This document shows, in pieces, positions 45,389 to 59,810 of a DNA stretch of 64,000 nt (within the stretch, counting starts at the first letter, position 1; each line of letters opens with the position of its first letter). The translations under genes and the position numbers were made by a program. The stretch is from positions 25,420,001-25,484,000 of the forward strand of contig OZ231126.1 of assembly GCA_965153355.1 (NCBI GenBank), read 5' to 3'. Origin of the DNA: Flaccisagitta enflata. Lineage: Eukaryota. Below the pieces are notes generated by a model. The model saw nothing but the letters and a program-made list of their open reading frames with translations. It made no database searches and was not told where the DNA came from.

Positions 45389-45926
45389 ACATGTCTCTTT
45401 CCTTTCTGTTTGCATTCTTAGTTCTTGAGTTGTAGGCATTAAGTCCTTTCACATATCGTTTTTTTAGTCGCTGACTAAGCGAGCAGCGATCATTGCAGAT
45501 TTACTATGATGCATTAAAAAAACTTACCCAATATGTCATCAATTTCTCCTTTTAATGAAGAAGCATTATTCCCCCTCAGATAAGATAACTTTATATAGTT
45601 CTTTGTGGTATTTCATTATTTAATCAACTGAACTGCAAACCTACCGACCTATTGAAAAAATGGAATTCAGTAATTAACGTCGAAAAGAACGAGGCTCCCT
45701 CAGAGAGAAAGAGAGAGAGAGAGAGAGATGTATCAATGTGTGTTTTATTATGACTTTGATGAAGTTCTACTTTTTAAAGAAACAAGACTTAATGTCATTT
45801 TAATTGCTTTTCTGAGTTCCACCTCCTGTCTGTTATGAACGATCAGCCATTGGACCTAACACGACTTAGCCCTTGTTATGACAGCTTTTCCCTTTGCATT
45901 GTAGCGATCTCTCTCCGTGTGTTCTT

Positions 45927-46192
<266 letters not shown>

Positions 46193-46248
46193 CACGACTT
46201 GGGTAGCCATGTATATAGTCTCGTTTAAAAACTGATTTGTCATATATA

Positions 46249-46406
46249 CAGTTAAATCTCTCTCTAGCGGATTTCAAGGGACAGACTAATTCAATCTATC
46301 ATAGGCGGGATTCCTCATGAGCTGATAAAAGAGAAAAAAAAACACTCAAGTTCAACGGACCATATATTTGCAACTGTTACAGGTGGAAATCTGCGGGGTT
46401 CAACTG
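46249..46406. mobile_element. Small Tc1/mariner-type MITE (TA|CAGTT...AACTG|TA)
   Basis: Imperfect TIRs; only the left part is retained in copy A (from 12706). Confidence 0.55.
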
Positions 46407-46455
46407 TATATGTATCTTTACGAAAGTATCCCTTCTTCTCTTTCCGCGTACATGG

Positions 46456-46556
<101 letters not shown>

Positions 46557-46713
46557 CATTTGTTTATTTGTCTATTTGTCCTGTTGTGGTTGGAAATATG
46601 CTGTTGCTTTTGTGTTTTTTCTCTGTCTTTGTCTTTCTGTCTTTCTGTTTTTCTGTCTTTCTGTTTTTCTGTCTTTCTGACTTTCTGTCTTTCTGCCTGT
46701 CTGTCTCTGTCTA

Positions 46714-46856
<143 letters not shown>

Positions 46857-47048
46857 GCTTCAGCTCTTTTTCTCTTCTTCTTCTCCGTTTCATTCAAATT
46901 TGAAATTCAGTCTGAATTTTAAATCAGTCTAAAGCGGAGATACAATCGAGGACTAACAGCCCGCGCTTCCCGACAGACCGTCACCGACATTCTTTTCTAT
47001 TTCTAACTGTTCCTCCCATTTCACACTTCTCCTCCTCTTCCTCTTTCC

Positions 47049-47153
<105 letters not shown>

Positions 47154-48095
47154 TACAGCACCATGAGCCCCTCCTCTTCCATAGAAATCTTTCCTCCATC
47201 TCTTTTCTTTCGTTCTTTCTTTTTCTCTCTCTTTTCTTTTTTCCTTTTTCCTTTCCTCTTTTCTCATTCCTTTTCCCTTTTTTCGCGCATTTTTTTCTCT
47301 TTTCTTTTTTTTTCTCTCTTCTCTTATTTTCTCTCTAGCTCTCTCTCCTTCTCTTCTTTTCACTCTTTTTTTTGTTCTCTCTATCTTTTTTTCTGCTTCT
47401 TCCTTTATTTCAGACGGCTCCCCCTTTTTTTCACAACCATCACATCTTCGAATGATTTATGAGGTTTTTCATCCTAGATCAAAGAATCACGCCAAGCCAA
47501 GTCCTCCTTCACAACTTTTTTCTTCTTTTCCTTTTTTTTTTTCATTTTATATCATTGAGAAGTGCGAGAATTGCAAAATGCCTTTTAGAGGTAAACCGAT
47601 GCATAAAGCAGGAAAAACAAGACCGGATACAACGCCAAAAAGTAGTCGCTCGCGGATGGGAAGGGGCAATCATGTAGGTGGGCAGGGGTAGTTTGTGGGT
47701 GGACGGGGATGTTATGTGGTTGGGCAGGGGCAGAAATGCTCAGAAATCACTTTTTTTGCCGATTTCACGTCGTCAAATTTTTAGCGTTACGAATGTACGG
47801 ACGGACCTATTTTTAGAGTCGCTTAGCAAGCGACCAAAAAGGGAAAAAGAAGGAGAAATAAAAGGAGGAATTTAAAAAAAAAAAAAAAGAAAAAAGGAGA
47901 GAATAAAATTGAAATTCAATTTAGCACCTCGTGTGTTGCAGAAAGTGAGAGAAGGGGGAAAAGCGGATAATGAATTGCATACGATGGAATTTTTTTTGCT
48001 ACCGTTTGCATTATATTGCTAGCACGTGGAAAGAATCAAATTATAATGTATGATAATGGTAACAAAAACAACGATACCAACAACAGAAACATAGC

Positions 48096-48193
<98 letters not shown>

Positions 48194-48227
48194 CGAAAAC
48201 AACAACAACGAGAGCAACAACAAGGAC

Positions 48228-48368
<141 letters not shown>

Positions 48369-49013
48369 TACAACAACAACAATCACTGCGTTTATATCAA
48401 TTAACGGAAAAAACATTAGTTTTTCTTTTCCGATGTTCCCTCGGTTTAACATCCTGTCGTTGAAATGATGTAGTGGAATTAAAAAGGTTTTACTGTGGTC
48501 ATATGGGGCGGGGGGGGGGGGGGAAGAGGGGTAAGTAGTTGGGGCAATTGTGAGGGAGAGAGATTGAAAGGAAGGTTCGTAAACGCGATGTTGAGTTTAT
48601 GTACTGGAAGCAATGAGCCATTGAAAAGCAATAAAGCTTACACCATAGAGAAGAGAGAGAGAGAGAGAGAGAGATACACACACATACACTCATCAAACAA
48701 ACAAACAAACAAACAAACAAACAAACAAACAAACAAACAAACAAACAAACAAGCAAACAGACAGACAAACAGACAAACGCACATGGTAGAGTGGCTTAAG
48801 AAATAATCTAAGATTCTCTGTTGTTTTCTCCATCTCCATCTCCATAGATCCGTGCAACTCGCCTTATGGACTGTCCAATGCATAATGAGAGTATCTCTTG
48901 GGCAGGACGCATGATTGCTTAGTACAAAAGCGAATACGTGGATCATCTTTTTAACAGAAAAATAATTCCCAAGTGATTATATGAAGATAAAATATTTTTG
49001 TGGAAAGAGTGAG

Positions 49014-49062
<49 letters not shown>

Positions 49063-49320
49063 GAAAAAGTAAGAAGAAAGAAAGTAGAAAGAGATTTCCA
49101 GTGGAAGTAGAAGATTAGTTTCTCTGCTCAGTGCGTATAAAGACGTTGCCTAGGCGTCAGTGAGCTCGTAGAAACTTCATTTCAAATTCATTTCATTTTC
49201 ATTTTTTGGGCAAATTCAAGGATATACGAAATAGGATCTTTTTGGCGCCTGCGCGGCCAACTCATACTTTTCTTATGCTCTAGCAGTACTCAACATAGCA
49301 AGAAACAACAACAACAACAA

Positions 49321-49414
<94 letters not shown>

Positions 49415-49420
49415 AACAAT

Positions 49421-49482
<62 letters not shown>

Positions 49483-49484
49483 CC

Positions 49485-49558
<74 letters not shown>

Positions 49559-49625
49559 TACAACGACAACGACAACGACAACAATTACAACGACGACGAC
49601 AACGACAACGACAGCGACAACGACG

Positions 49626-49719
<94 letters not shown>

Positions 49720-49975
49720 CGCGTCAGCCCACTCACTCTCTGTCGTTATTGGGTGGTGAGACGAAAAAGCGGTCAATCTGAAACTCGACCAAATTCTCAT
49801 TTTCTCTCATTTGCTTTGAGACCACTTTTGGTCCGTGTTACGCATCCGAGGCATGTCTGACCAAAACACTCTGCTCTTTTTTTTTCTTTTTTTTCATTAT
49901 TCCATCCTTTCCTTTTCTCCCTTTCTTTTCTCCTTCTCACTTTTATCCATCTTCTCTTCACTCTTCAGTCTCTCT

Positions 49976-50381
49976 TTTTGGGCAGCAGCCCCAAAGGGCC
50001 GATGTCCTGTAGGACACAGGGGTCAATATCCAGATGTCCGTCCGTTCCCCCCCCCCGGAGTTTCTCAAGCCTCAAATTCTCATTGAATAACATAGGAAAT
50101 TGATAAAATGCAAAGTTCCCATTGAATAACATGGAAAACTGATGAAAAATGAAAAGTTGTGAAATTCCCATTAAATAACATGGCAAATTGATGAGAAATA
50201 GAAAAAAATGCAAAACCCCCATTGAATATCATGGAAAATTGCTCCAAAGGCTTCAAATATGCCTTCTCAGGGTCCTTTGGGGCCACTGCTTGCTCTCACT
50301 CTACTTCTTCAGCTATCACTCCAAGCATGGCATCGGATACCGCTGACCATGTGCGATCCTTGGATAGTTGGATGACTTGTT
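49976..50381 (+). mobile_element. HINE-like family 2 copy (its copy A counterpart, 19347-21195, is interrupted by the TIR/LINE insertion)
   Basis: TTTTGGGCAGCAGCCCCAAAGG start, GTCCGTCCG tract, inverted CCTTTGGGGCCACTGC, CTTGTT end. Confidence 0.65.
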
Positions 50382-50718
50382 ACTCATTATCTAATTAGTT
50401 GGTTTGGACGTATCAAGACTCTTGATTCAAGAGTTCTCTCAGTCCTCCTTCTGACATCCACTTTATCAGTCTTGTTCACGTCTGGCGAGTCTCAAAATAA
50501 ACCGTCCAACACCTTTTATTTTAGTCTCGTAATGATTTTCATCACTTCCTGTTGGGTTTACAGAGCATCGGAAACAATGAATCCTACAAGTATAACTATA
50601 ACTGTGTAGTCGTACAATGTACATGTATGATTAGGATCATGTCAGTCCCTTCATATAACGATGTTGGATTGTTGGTTGATTTGGCGAAGGTAGTAGTATC
50701 ATATTGTAGACCTTTTGT

Positions 50719-52404
50719 CAGGGTGTCACAAAATTTTTTGCTTCCTACGAGCAAAATTTCTCCAAGTGTTCCTTTCTACTGGAAGTGCGTATGATTACCT
50801 CATGTTGAACACCTTGTGTTACATGATGTACCATATTTTTTATAATTAGCGCCCCAGGCGCTTTTGATATTAGATAGTAGGGAATGTAAGCGAATAAAAA
50901 CCGCTTGAAAAAAAAAATGTTTTTTTTTGCCGGGTTTTATTGGTTCTTTTCAAAGAAATTTTGAAAAAAACTGACAAAAGGTTTTTTTTTCAAAATTTTT
51001 CCCCAAGAGAAGTTGCGCATGTGACCAAAATCTAAGATTTCATTTAAAGCTGTAATTCTAACCTTTTTTAAAAACTTTAAAGAACATTCTGAGTAATATC
51101 TTTTATCTTCAAGTCTTCAACATCTTGTATCTTCATATCAAAACTAAATAAATAATTGGTAATGCTATCTGACAAGGTGAGTGACGACATACTTAAAACA
51201 ATGACAGAATTGTCAACAGTGAAACTGACAGCTTACAGTAGTCAATCGGATGATATATGCATAGTATACACATGTAGAGTATGGTTGGAAAAGATCATTT
51301 GTAGGTAATGCGCTATTAAGTTTTGAAAAAACTGAGCTTTGAAAAAAAAACCTGATAAAAACTTTTTTTTTTTAAATAAACCGGGTTTATTTGTTTTTTT
51401 TTTTCAAAATTTTGGTTTTTTTTACATTCCCTGTAGATAGTGACATTGCTCAAGGTTGGGATTTGAGCCTTAAGGCGGGGGATTTGAGCCTTGAGGCTGG
51501 GATTTTTAAGGCTTGATTTTCTTTTGAACTAGGATTTCATTTAAACAAACAAGTGTTTTTAAGAAGGCTTTACATACAGAAGGAAAAAAACACATTTCGC
51601 CTTTCTTCCTCCTTCCTTCCATCCTTCTTCCTTAATTCCTTCCTTCTTTCTTTCCTTCCTTCCCTTGTTCTTTCCCTCCTTTCTCTATAAACAGGAGGAG
51701 AAAAACTTTTTCTGCCTTTCTTCCTCCCTCCTTCCTTTCTTTCTTCCTTCCTTCCTTCCTTCCTTCCTTCCTTCCTTCCTTCCTTCCCCTTCCTTCTTTC
51801 TTTCTATGTAAACAAGAGGAAAAAACTTTTTTGTTTTTCTTCTTCCTTCCTTCCTTCCTTCCTCCCTTCCTCCCTTCTTTCTTTCCTTCTTTCCTTCCTT
51901 TGTTTCTTTACAAACAGAGAGAATAAACTTTTTCTGCCTTCCTTCTCTCTTACTTACTTCCTTCCTTCCTTCCTGCTTTCCTTCCTTCTTTCCTTCCTTT
52001 ATAAACAAAAGAAAAATTTTTTTCTGCCTTTCTTCCTCCTAACTTCCTTCCTTCTTTCCTCCCTTCTTTCCTTCCTTCCTTGCTTCCTTCCTTCTCTCCT
52101 TTCTTCCTTTACAAACAAGAGGAAAAAACTTCTTCTGCCTTTCTTCTTCCTACCTTCCTTCCTTCCTTCCTTCCTTCCTTCCTTCCTTCATTCCTTCCTT
52201 CCTTCCTTCATTCCTTCTTTCTTTCCTTCTTTTTTTCCTTTCCTTCCTTTTCCCTCCTTTTCCTTCCTTTTCCCTCCTTTTCCTTCCTTTTCTTCTTTCC
52301 TTCTTCCTCTTTTTTTCTTTCTTTCCTTCCCCCTTTGCTTCCTACCAGCCTAGCTAGCTTCCTACGAGCGCCGCTCGTGTGCTCGGGCACTTTGTGACAC
52401 CCTG
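50719..52404. mobile_element. Non-autonomous hAT transposon (copy B only)
   Basis: Perfect 14-bp TIR CAGGGTGTCACAAA and perfect 8-bp TSD CCTTTTGT (50711-50718, 52405-52412); empty site near 21427-21434. Confidence 0.9.
50878..51433. mobile_element. Second hAT-like MITE nested in the 50719-52404 element
   Basis: TIR AGGGAATGTAA / TTACATTCCCTG with flanking direct repeat TAGATAG(T). Confidence 0.75.
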
Positions 52405-53801
52405 CCTTTTGTCCCCATCTGCAATCACAATCCCCCATTTTCTTCTCCAACTACACTCAATCCCCTTTGCGTGTCCAACCTTTTTCGCCCCATCAACCAA
52501 CCAACCTCCCCAAAGTCCAAACCATCCCCTTGCTACTTCATCACTCCCTCGTTTTAGTTTAAACATTCGCTTTCTACTATCTTCTCCCCCCCCCTTCCCC
52601 CTCCCAGTTTCAGATCCTACCTCCATATCTCTCTCGTCTCTCTTCTCCCCCCCCCCTTCCCCCTTCCGAAATCTCTTCTGGCTGACCAAACATCTGCGCG
52701 TGAGTGAATCTTCGAGGTTTATCTCGTCTTGTCCATGTTTGGCCTAATTGAATCTTGGATCTCGACTCGTCACAGCCAAACTGACTCGATTCAACGATAG
52801 TTCTATAGATCTACCCACTTCTCTGGCTGACTGTGGTCAACATTAAGCGGTGCATGAACAATGATGACCGTTGCTGGGGTAAGAATCTGTTCACGATGGT
52901 TCAACCAGCATCTGTAGCTGACTGTGGTCAACATTTAGCAATGGATGAACAGTGGTGACCGTAACTGAGGCAGACTCAATTCAACGGTAGCACTACCCAC
53001 TTCTATAGCTGACTCTGGTCAACATTTAGCAGTGCATGATCAGTGGTTACCATTACTAAGGCAGACTCCATTTAACGATAGCACCACCCACTTCTCTGGC
53101 TGACTGTGGTCAACATTTAGCAGTGGATGAACAGTTAGAAGTAGCAACCGTCAGTCCGTCACTGAGTCAGAATTGATTCAACGATAGTATGACCCACTTC
53201 TCTGGCTGACTTTGGTCAATATTTAGCAGTGCATGACCAGTGGTGACCGCAACTGAGGCAGACTCCAATCGACAATAGCACCAACCACTTCTCTGGCTGA
53301 CTGTGGTCAACATTTTGCAGTGCATCAACATTGAACAGTGATGACTGTTGCTGTCCACTTCTTTAGCTGTGGTCTAACCATGAACTCGATTCACTAAATG
53401 CATTGGAATTAGATTTAGTTATCTCTTGTCACGTCTCTTTTTTTTTTTTTTGTTGTTGGACAGTCTGGTAAAATCTAACTTTACCGGCCAAATTTAGTAT
53501 TTTTTTTAACATCAAATCATCAATGCTCCTGACCTATGGCACAAGGAGCTTCTGTGCCTCCGCTCGCTACAAAAGAAAACTGCAGCGTATCCACCGGGCC
53601 GGTGATACAGGAAATTTCCACTAATCTCTGTTACCCTGCGCTTACATCCCTCCCGGCCAGAGCCATCAAACTTTTTTGACACTTTCCTGCCCTTAAATCC
53701 TCACCCCTCACCCCCTAGACCGCACTCAGGCACACCCCAACTCACTCTAAATGCAAATCTCTATTCGGTCTGGACAGCATCGTCTGATTATCGGGAAAAT
53801 T

Positions 53802-53912
<111 letters not shown>

Positions 53913-54036
53913 TCTCTAAGGCAGACGCTTTGTTCAACTGTTTGTTAGTCATGAGGAGGGGTTGCGTTTGGTCAGCTGACCTGACCTCTGTCTGACTACC
54001 AGCCTTGTCCCTCCCTCTCCTCTGTCTTTCTCCCTC

Positions 54037-54129
<93 letters not shown>

Positions 54130-55355
54130 CACACGCACGTTGCCTTTTCCAAACACAGTCCTTCATTTACAATTGAATGCTATCGTGTCTGCCTCAGAAA
54201 AGAGAATGTATTGTGATCGCCAAATCGACATTGAGATTGTCTAAAATGTGGTGCGCCAAACCTGGCGAAATCCAGACATTGCTCTTTCAACTGAAGTAAA
54301 TCTGAAATATACCAGTAATGGCGGCTGTCGCCGTGAGGAAAGATGTTGTAAGTATTGCTCACTTTTCACAAAGCTTTTGTCTTCAATCACTGCAATTTGT
54401 TTTATTTGTTAGATGAAATAAAGAGCAATTGTACGTATTGAGCCACTGAAAATCAGAGAAATGAGCTAGATGAGCTAATTTATTCAAAATCACTCAACCA
54501 GACAACCAGCTATGCTCACTGACATGCTTTCTTGTATTTGCATGTTCAAATCAAAACATTTATTCATTCATCTTATTGAAAATCAGAAAAAAAGAGCGAG
54601 CAAAATGAGCTAAATGAGCTAAAATACTTAAAAACACCTTCACAGATGAGCAGCTCTGCTCACTGACATGCTTTCTTGTATTTGCTTGCCTAAACATGTA
54701 TCAAAATATCTATTCATTTATTTTATTTGAAATCCGAAAAAAAAAGACATAGCTAAGATGCTCAAAAACACCCTCATGTATGAGCAGCTATGCTCATAAA
54801 CATGTTTTCTTGTATTATTTCCATGCTCAAACAAACCGCCTGTACCTGAGTATTTGAGTATTGGTGCGAAACTCAATAGGATACAGGCCTCCAACTGATG
54901 ACCAGAAGCTGTTTGTGTCAATTTTTCTAAGCTTAAATAAATATTTCTTTTTCTTTTTATAGTGTTATATGGACATTCACTTTTTACCCTTCATGGAGAC
55001 CTATCATCCCATGATATATCACCTTAGAAGATGAAGACTTAATTCCCTTTAATTATTTAGAAAAGGTAACCTTACCCCATAGTAAAAATTCACCATGTCC
55101 CAGCCCTCTTTATTGAGGAAAAGGATCAAAACTGGGACCCCTCAGTTCCAATCTTTCGGATAAGTTTAACTTTTAATATAGCTGAATTGTAAAACCCATT
55201 CAATGCCAGAAGTCAGCGCTAGATTGAGGTTACTATGAAAGTTGGACAACATTACTACTCAACAATGGGTGCGTTTCTAGTCAAAGCCATAAACACGTTT
55301 TTCAGTTAGGTTTTACAATTCGCGATTCTAACAACCCTCATCCTGAAAAAATATT

Positions 55356-55444
55356 GGCCTCTTACAGGGATCGAACCCACGCCCAAAAGTAATATAGCCA
55401 ATTAATAACGAAGCCTTCACTTTAACCACTTGCGCCACTGAGAC
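55356..55444 (-). pseudogene. tRNA-like sequence (pseudo-tRNA / Pol III unit)
   Basis: A box TGGCGCAAGTGG, B box GGTTCGATCCC, partial acceptor stem GTCTC/GAGGC, CT-TCG at the anticodon position, followed by T6; stems are imperfect. Confidence 0.65.
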
Positions 55445-55592
55445 TCTTTCACATCCACTGGAAATTTTTTTCTGGTAAACTTGTTTAATAGAGAGGCAAT
55501 TGAATAAGATAGCCATTACAGAACTGAACCCCCATAAAGTGATCCAAAGTTGTAAAAATAAGTCCACCGAAATTCCACTGGTCTGAGTGATT

Positions 55593-55682
55593 GTCCTAGT
55601 GGCGTGGTTGGTAAGGGCATTGACTTCATTATGTCAAATTCATCAAACAACTTGTAGTGAGTTCGAATCTACCTTGTGCCCC
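55593..55682 (+). pseudogene. tRNA-like sequence (pseudo-tRNA / Pol III unit)
   Basis: A box TGGCGTGGTTGG, B box AGTTCGAATC, followed by T6; inverted counterpart of 55356-55444. Confidence 0.6.
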
Positions 55683-56369
55683 AAATTTTTTCAGGAAGAG
55701 TGAGGTAAAATCGCGATTTGCAAAACCCACATTAGGATCGCAATTGTGTCTTTGAGTAGAAACACACCCAATATCTAAAATAAGGACAAGAGCCTTTGGA
55801 GCTCTTACTGGTGTTTAATCCGGACCCCTTATATCATAACTCCCTTTTAAAATTTCTTATTCATAACTCATTTTGTAAGATTTAAAAAAAATGATAATAT
55901 CTGTATAAAATTACCAATTCATAGGTTACTGATAATTGTTTCTTTAACCAAAAAGTTAGAGGTTATAGCCTAAGATTGGATTTGTATGAGTGGAGGCATA
56001 TTTTGTACAGAAATAAAGTTCTTTTTGCTTTTTCAGTTGACAAGGATGTTGTAACTATATTCTAACTTTTTGTTGCCTATGTCATAAATACACTCCTTCA
56101 TTGATCCTACACAAAATCATAAAGAATAAAATGAAAAATTCAATTTGAATTTTTCCTAATTAGATCTTTTAAAAAATCATAACGCAAAAAATATTCCTTG
56201 TAAAGCATTTTGCTTGGCGCCAAATGAAAGAGAATTATCAAATTCACCTACTATCTTGGAAAAAAGTTTATCACATTTGTGACTAAGGGTCATTTTATCG
56301 ACAAGATAATACAATAAACATGTCTGTAACAATCTTGATACTTGGTCTTACCTTCATTGACCTTTCAAA

Positions 56370-56690
56370 ACGCTCTTTCGCGTCTCATCATGCTTTCATA
56401 CTGCAACTGAAGGTGTGAAAGCGTGATCTTCATCCAGACTTTAGCGCGATTCTTTTTAGTCCTGCCATCCATGTTGCACATTCTCGACTTTGCCATTGCT
56501 TCAATTGGAACCATAGAGATTCAATCAGGTTGAAATCTGGGCCAACTGGAGTGGTGTTTGACCTTTGACACTGTGCCTTTGAAGCCATTGCTTTGTTGAA
56601 AAAGCCAGTGAGCAGGTGCACCATCTTCCAAGAACCGGGTTTCAAAAATGCCATTTTCATTCCATTTTTCTAAAGAGGTACCTAACTTCA
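56370..56690 (-). mobile_element. Tc1/mariner transposase relic, copy B
   Basis: Paralogous to 24800-25110; PDFNLIESLW retained, with additional indels. Confidence 0.75.
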
Positions 56691-57705
56691 TTCAGCTCTC
56701 ATCTCTAAACGGTCAGAATCAGAGTGATGCGGTTGGAGCCAACTGCTAGAAAATTCAAAGACGTTTCAAAATCTCACCAATTTTTCTTAGATTTTTTTAT
56801 TTGTAAAGGAGATATGAGGCTTTAAGTGATGCGATAAAATTATTTCCAAGGTTGTACCCTATCAATTTCAGGCCACATTCGCTCGATCGAGACACTCAAC
56901 TTTCCTATAAGAAAATGAAAACCATATTTCACTGGAATATGTCAAAAAGTTGAGCACTGACTTCGACTTTTTTCTCTGACCATTGTAATCAGGTAAATGT
57001 TAAGTAACTGTTGTTTAATCACGTGCTGCTTTGACGTTGAGTTGTTTGGTTGGCTGAATGGTTCTTTTTGACTTAGATCTTTTGTGTTTTTTGTTTTTTT
57101 CAAGGTACTGTCACCATTTCTTCTGTTCCTTCCCAATTTCCTATTGCCATACATTCTTCCCTGTTTTTTTTTTCACTCCTGTCGCTTACCTGCAACTCAT
57201 CTGCATGCCCTACATAAACTAACAAACAAGTCCTTTAATCTAAAAAAAATATGTTTATGTTATGCAGCATACAACCTGTATGGGAGGAGTGAGTACACTG
57301 AAATTAACTTTTTTTTCTAAAAATCCTAAATTAATTTTGATGATCCTTATAATCTCAGTCAGACATTTTGCAGAGTATGTGATCATTGACATGCTCATCT
57401 TTTTTGGCGCACCATCACTCACAGTCGTTACCTCATTCGATTCCGTTTTTGTGTGTGTTTTTGTGTTTTCTAATCGCTTCAGAAATTTCCTCCTTACAAA
57501 AGAAGTCTTCTCATCAATTGGGGGCGGAATTTGGTTGATTGATTGGTCTTGACTATGTGGGCAAATCTAAAGACGTAAACCAGTTGATGTCTACAGTCAA
57601 GGTTTGGTTTGTGGTTTTGGTGGTGGTGGTGGTGGTGGAGGTGGAGGTGGAGGTAAAGGCCGTGCTTATGGCGAGGGATGGATGAGAAGTTGATTTAAGG
57701 TGGTG

Positions 57706-57737
<32 letters not shown>

Positions 57738-57769
57738 GGTTGTGGTTGTGGTTGTGGTTGTGGTTGTGG

Positions 57770-57816
<47 letters not shown>

Positions 57817-57836
57817 ATTGTTGTTGTTGTTGTTGT

Positions 57837-57925
<89 letters not shown>

Positions 57926-58690
57926 GGTGTTTTTGTTGTTTTTGCTGTTTTTGTTGTTGTTTTTGCCTACATCGCACCCTGTTCATACCAGCATCCTGAA
58001 TCCATCAGCAGTTTCCCACCCCATGTTCTTTTTTTTTCTGGTCCGTCATTCTCCATTTCATTAGTGTGCTGAGCGACGCTGATCAAAGCACGGTCTAAAA
58101 GGTCAAATTCAGAAACCGAGTGGTTGAGAAACGGAAACAGAAAAAAGCAGAGAATTTCTGAATTTTTCGCTTCGCAATGGCATTTCCTCCCATGTACTTC
58201 CTAAATAATGTGATCATTAACCGGGCTTTTTTCGTTTCTATATTTCTATCGATAAATTTGTCTGTTTCTATCTTTCTCTATGTTTCTGGCAAAGCCTCTT
58301 TATTCTCTGCTTTTAAGTCTATGCATATATATGTGTCTGAAAACGACTACGAAAATGGGACAACATTTCTACGCAACCCCTATCTTACCAAAGGGTGAGA
58401 GCTTTTGGAGCTCTCAAGGGTGTTTCATCCGGACCCATCACAACTATCCCTAGTATTCAATAACAACTAAGATCATCTATGAAATGGAGTTTATAGAATT
58501 TGTCCCCTCCCTTATTCAAAACATTCATAACTGATAGGGGGCATTATAAAAACACAAATCTTTGTTTAGGTAATAACAATTTTTTTTTCTACAGTTTTAA
58601 TCATCGCGAAAAAATGTCTTTTCACTTTTTACAGCTCTTCCAAGATTCGACAAACAGCACATCTGATGTAACAGCGTAAACCTAGACTCA

Positions 58691-59178
58691 TTATTGCAAA
58701 ACTTTCTTCCACATTCTAACGTTTCGGAGAGAAACTACACCATTTTTTTGAAGCGTGTTCAACACTCTGACTCCTAAACATCGAAACTTGGAAACAATTT
58801 CCGGTTTCACGTCGCAATACTTGGTAAAATAATGACTCGGCCAAGCGGTGTTGGATCTGTCCTCGCACAAGACGACCCAATTGCCAGCTTCTTTGCATTC
58901 TTGATCGTTTGAGCCGACGAATTCCCACATGGTAGGCGCTTGGTCCAAGCAACAACCTCCACGTGGACGGAAAGAGACTCTGGCGGGCGTGAAAGCGGCG
59001 TCGACCGGAAATTGATACCAGACCATTTCGGGGAAGGTGCGTTTGTTGCCGTCTTTTTCGTTGTGCCATCCGTTAGCCTTGTGTTCCGGCGTCATGAAGG
59101 CCTTCTCCGCCGTCCATTGGGCGTCCCAGACGCCAGTCGAGCCCGCAGAACCACCCGCGAACTTCACCTCCGTCATGG
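58691..59178 (-). CDS. Last coding exon of the lectin-like protein, copy B
   Basis: Intact 161-aa ORF identical to copy A except S>G and E>D, with the same tttctcgcag acceptor. Confidence 0.85.
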
Positions 59179-59810
59179 CTGCGAGAAAGACGATAAATGT
59201 TTTTGGTCGTGTGGTAATACGGGCATAGGGGCCCGCGTATCGGAAGCCCTACCGCTTCTTTTCTTGTGTCCTAATGGTTACCGACTTGAAAATTTACAGC
59301 ACAATTTCTCACTTCTCACTTCTCATTACAGAATAACAGAGGTGTATATAATTGAGTCGCTTTTGATTACCCCCCCCCTAAATCTATGATGTTCTACTCC
59401 AGATGGCAGTAAAACAATGCAGTGATGTATTTTCCCCCCTTCGATTTCCCTCCCCATCTACAAACCCTTCGTAACTCAATCATAAACAGGCCTGCAGAAT
59501 AATGAGAGAATAGGTGCTGGATTAATCTAAGTTAGCCGGTTCAATGGAATTACGAGCCACCTTGCCCACAAATATACGGACACCGGGAAAGAAGCATCAT
59601 TTTTGCAGGACTGTTACCCATTACAAATGGTAGCTACAATAACAGCATTGGAATGATGATTCAAATTGATTTAAATGCAACTTAACTGGGGTCAGTATCT
59701 GAATTTGATAAAGAGCCACCTTTTTCTTAAATTGGTACCTCTTTTCAGGTGACGGTATAGTAATTGGTAAATCAAAAACCTTTCTAGAAAGCGACCGATT
59801 GAAATTGTAC

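Larger units (their letters stand above)
55267..55769. mobile_element. Harbinger-type fold-back MITE with two tRNA-like units (copy B only)
   Basis: TIR GGGTGCGTTTCTAGTCAAAG / CTTTGAGTAGAAACACACCC with 3-bp AAT direct repeat; nested in a ~90-bp repeat. Confidence 0.75.
55236..55830 (+). mobile_element. ~90-bp hairpin-containing dispersed element, split by the tRNA-bearing MITE
   Basis: The two flanks rejoin to give the sequence also seen at 27089-27180 and 58349-58440 (ggacaacattactac...GAGAGCTtttggAGCTCTC...ccggaccc); absent at the copy A site near 24240. Confidence 0.7.

Noticed and set aside
55356-55682. Functional tRNA genes, including a possible TCA (Sec/suppressor) anticodon
   Set aside because: Acceptor, D and T stems have several mismatches, and TCA is more simply explained as CpG decay of TCG.
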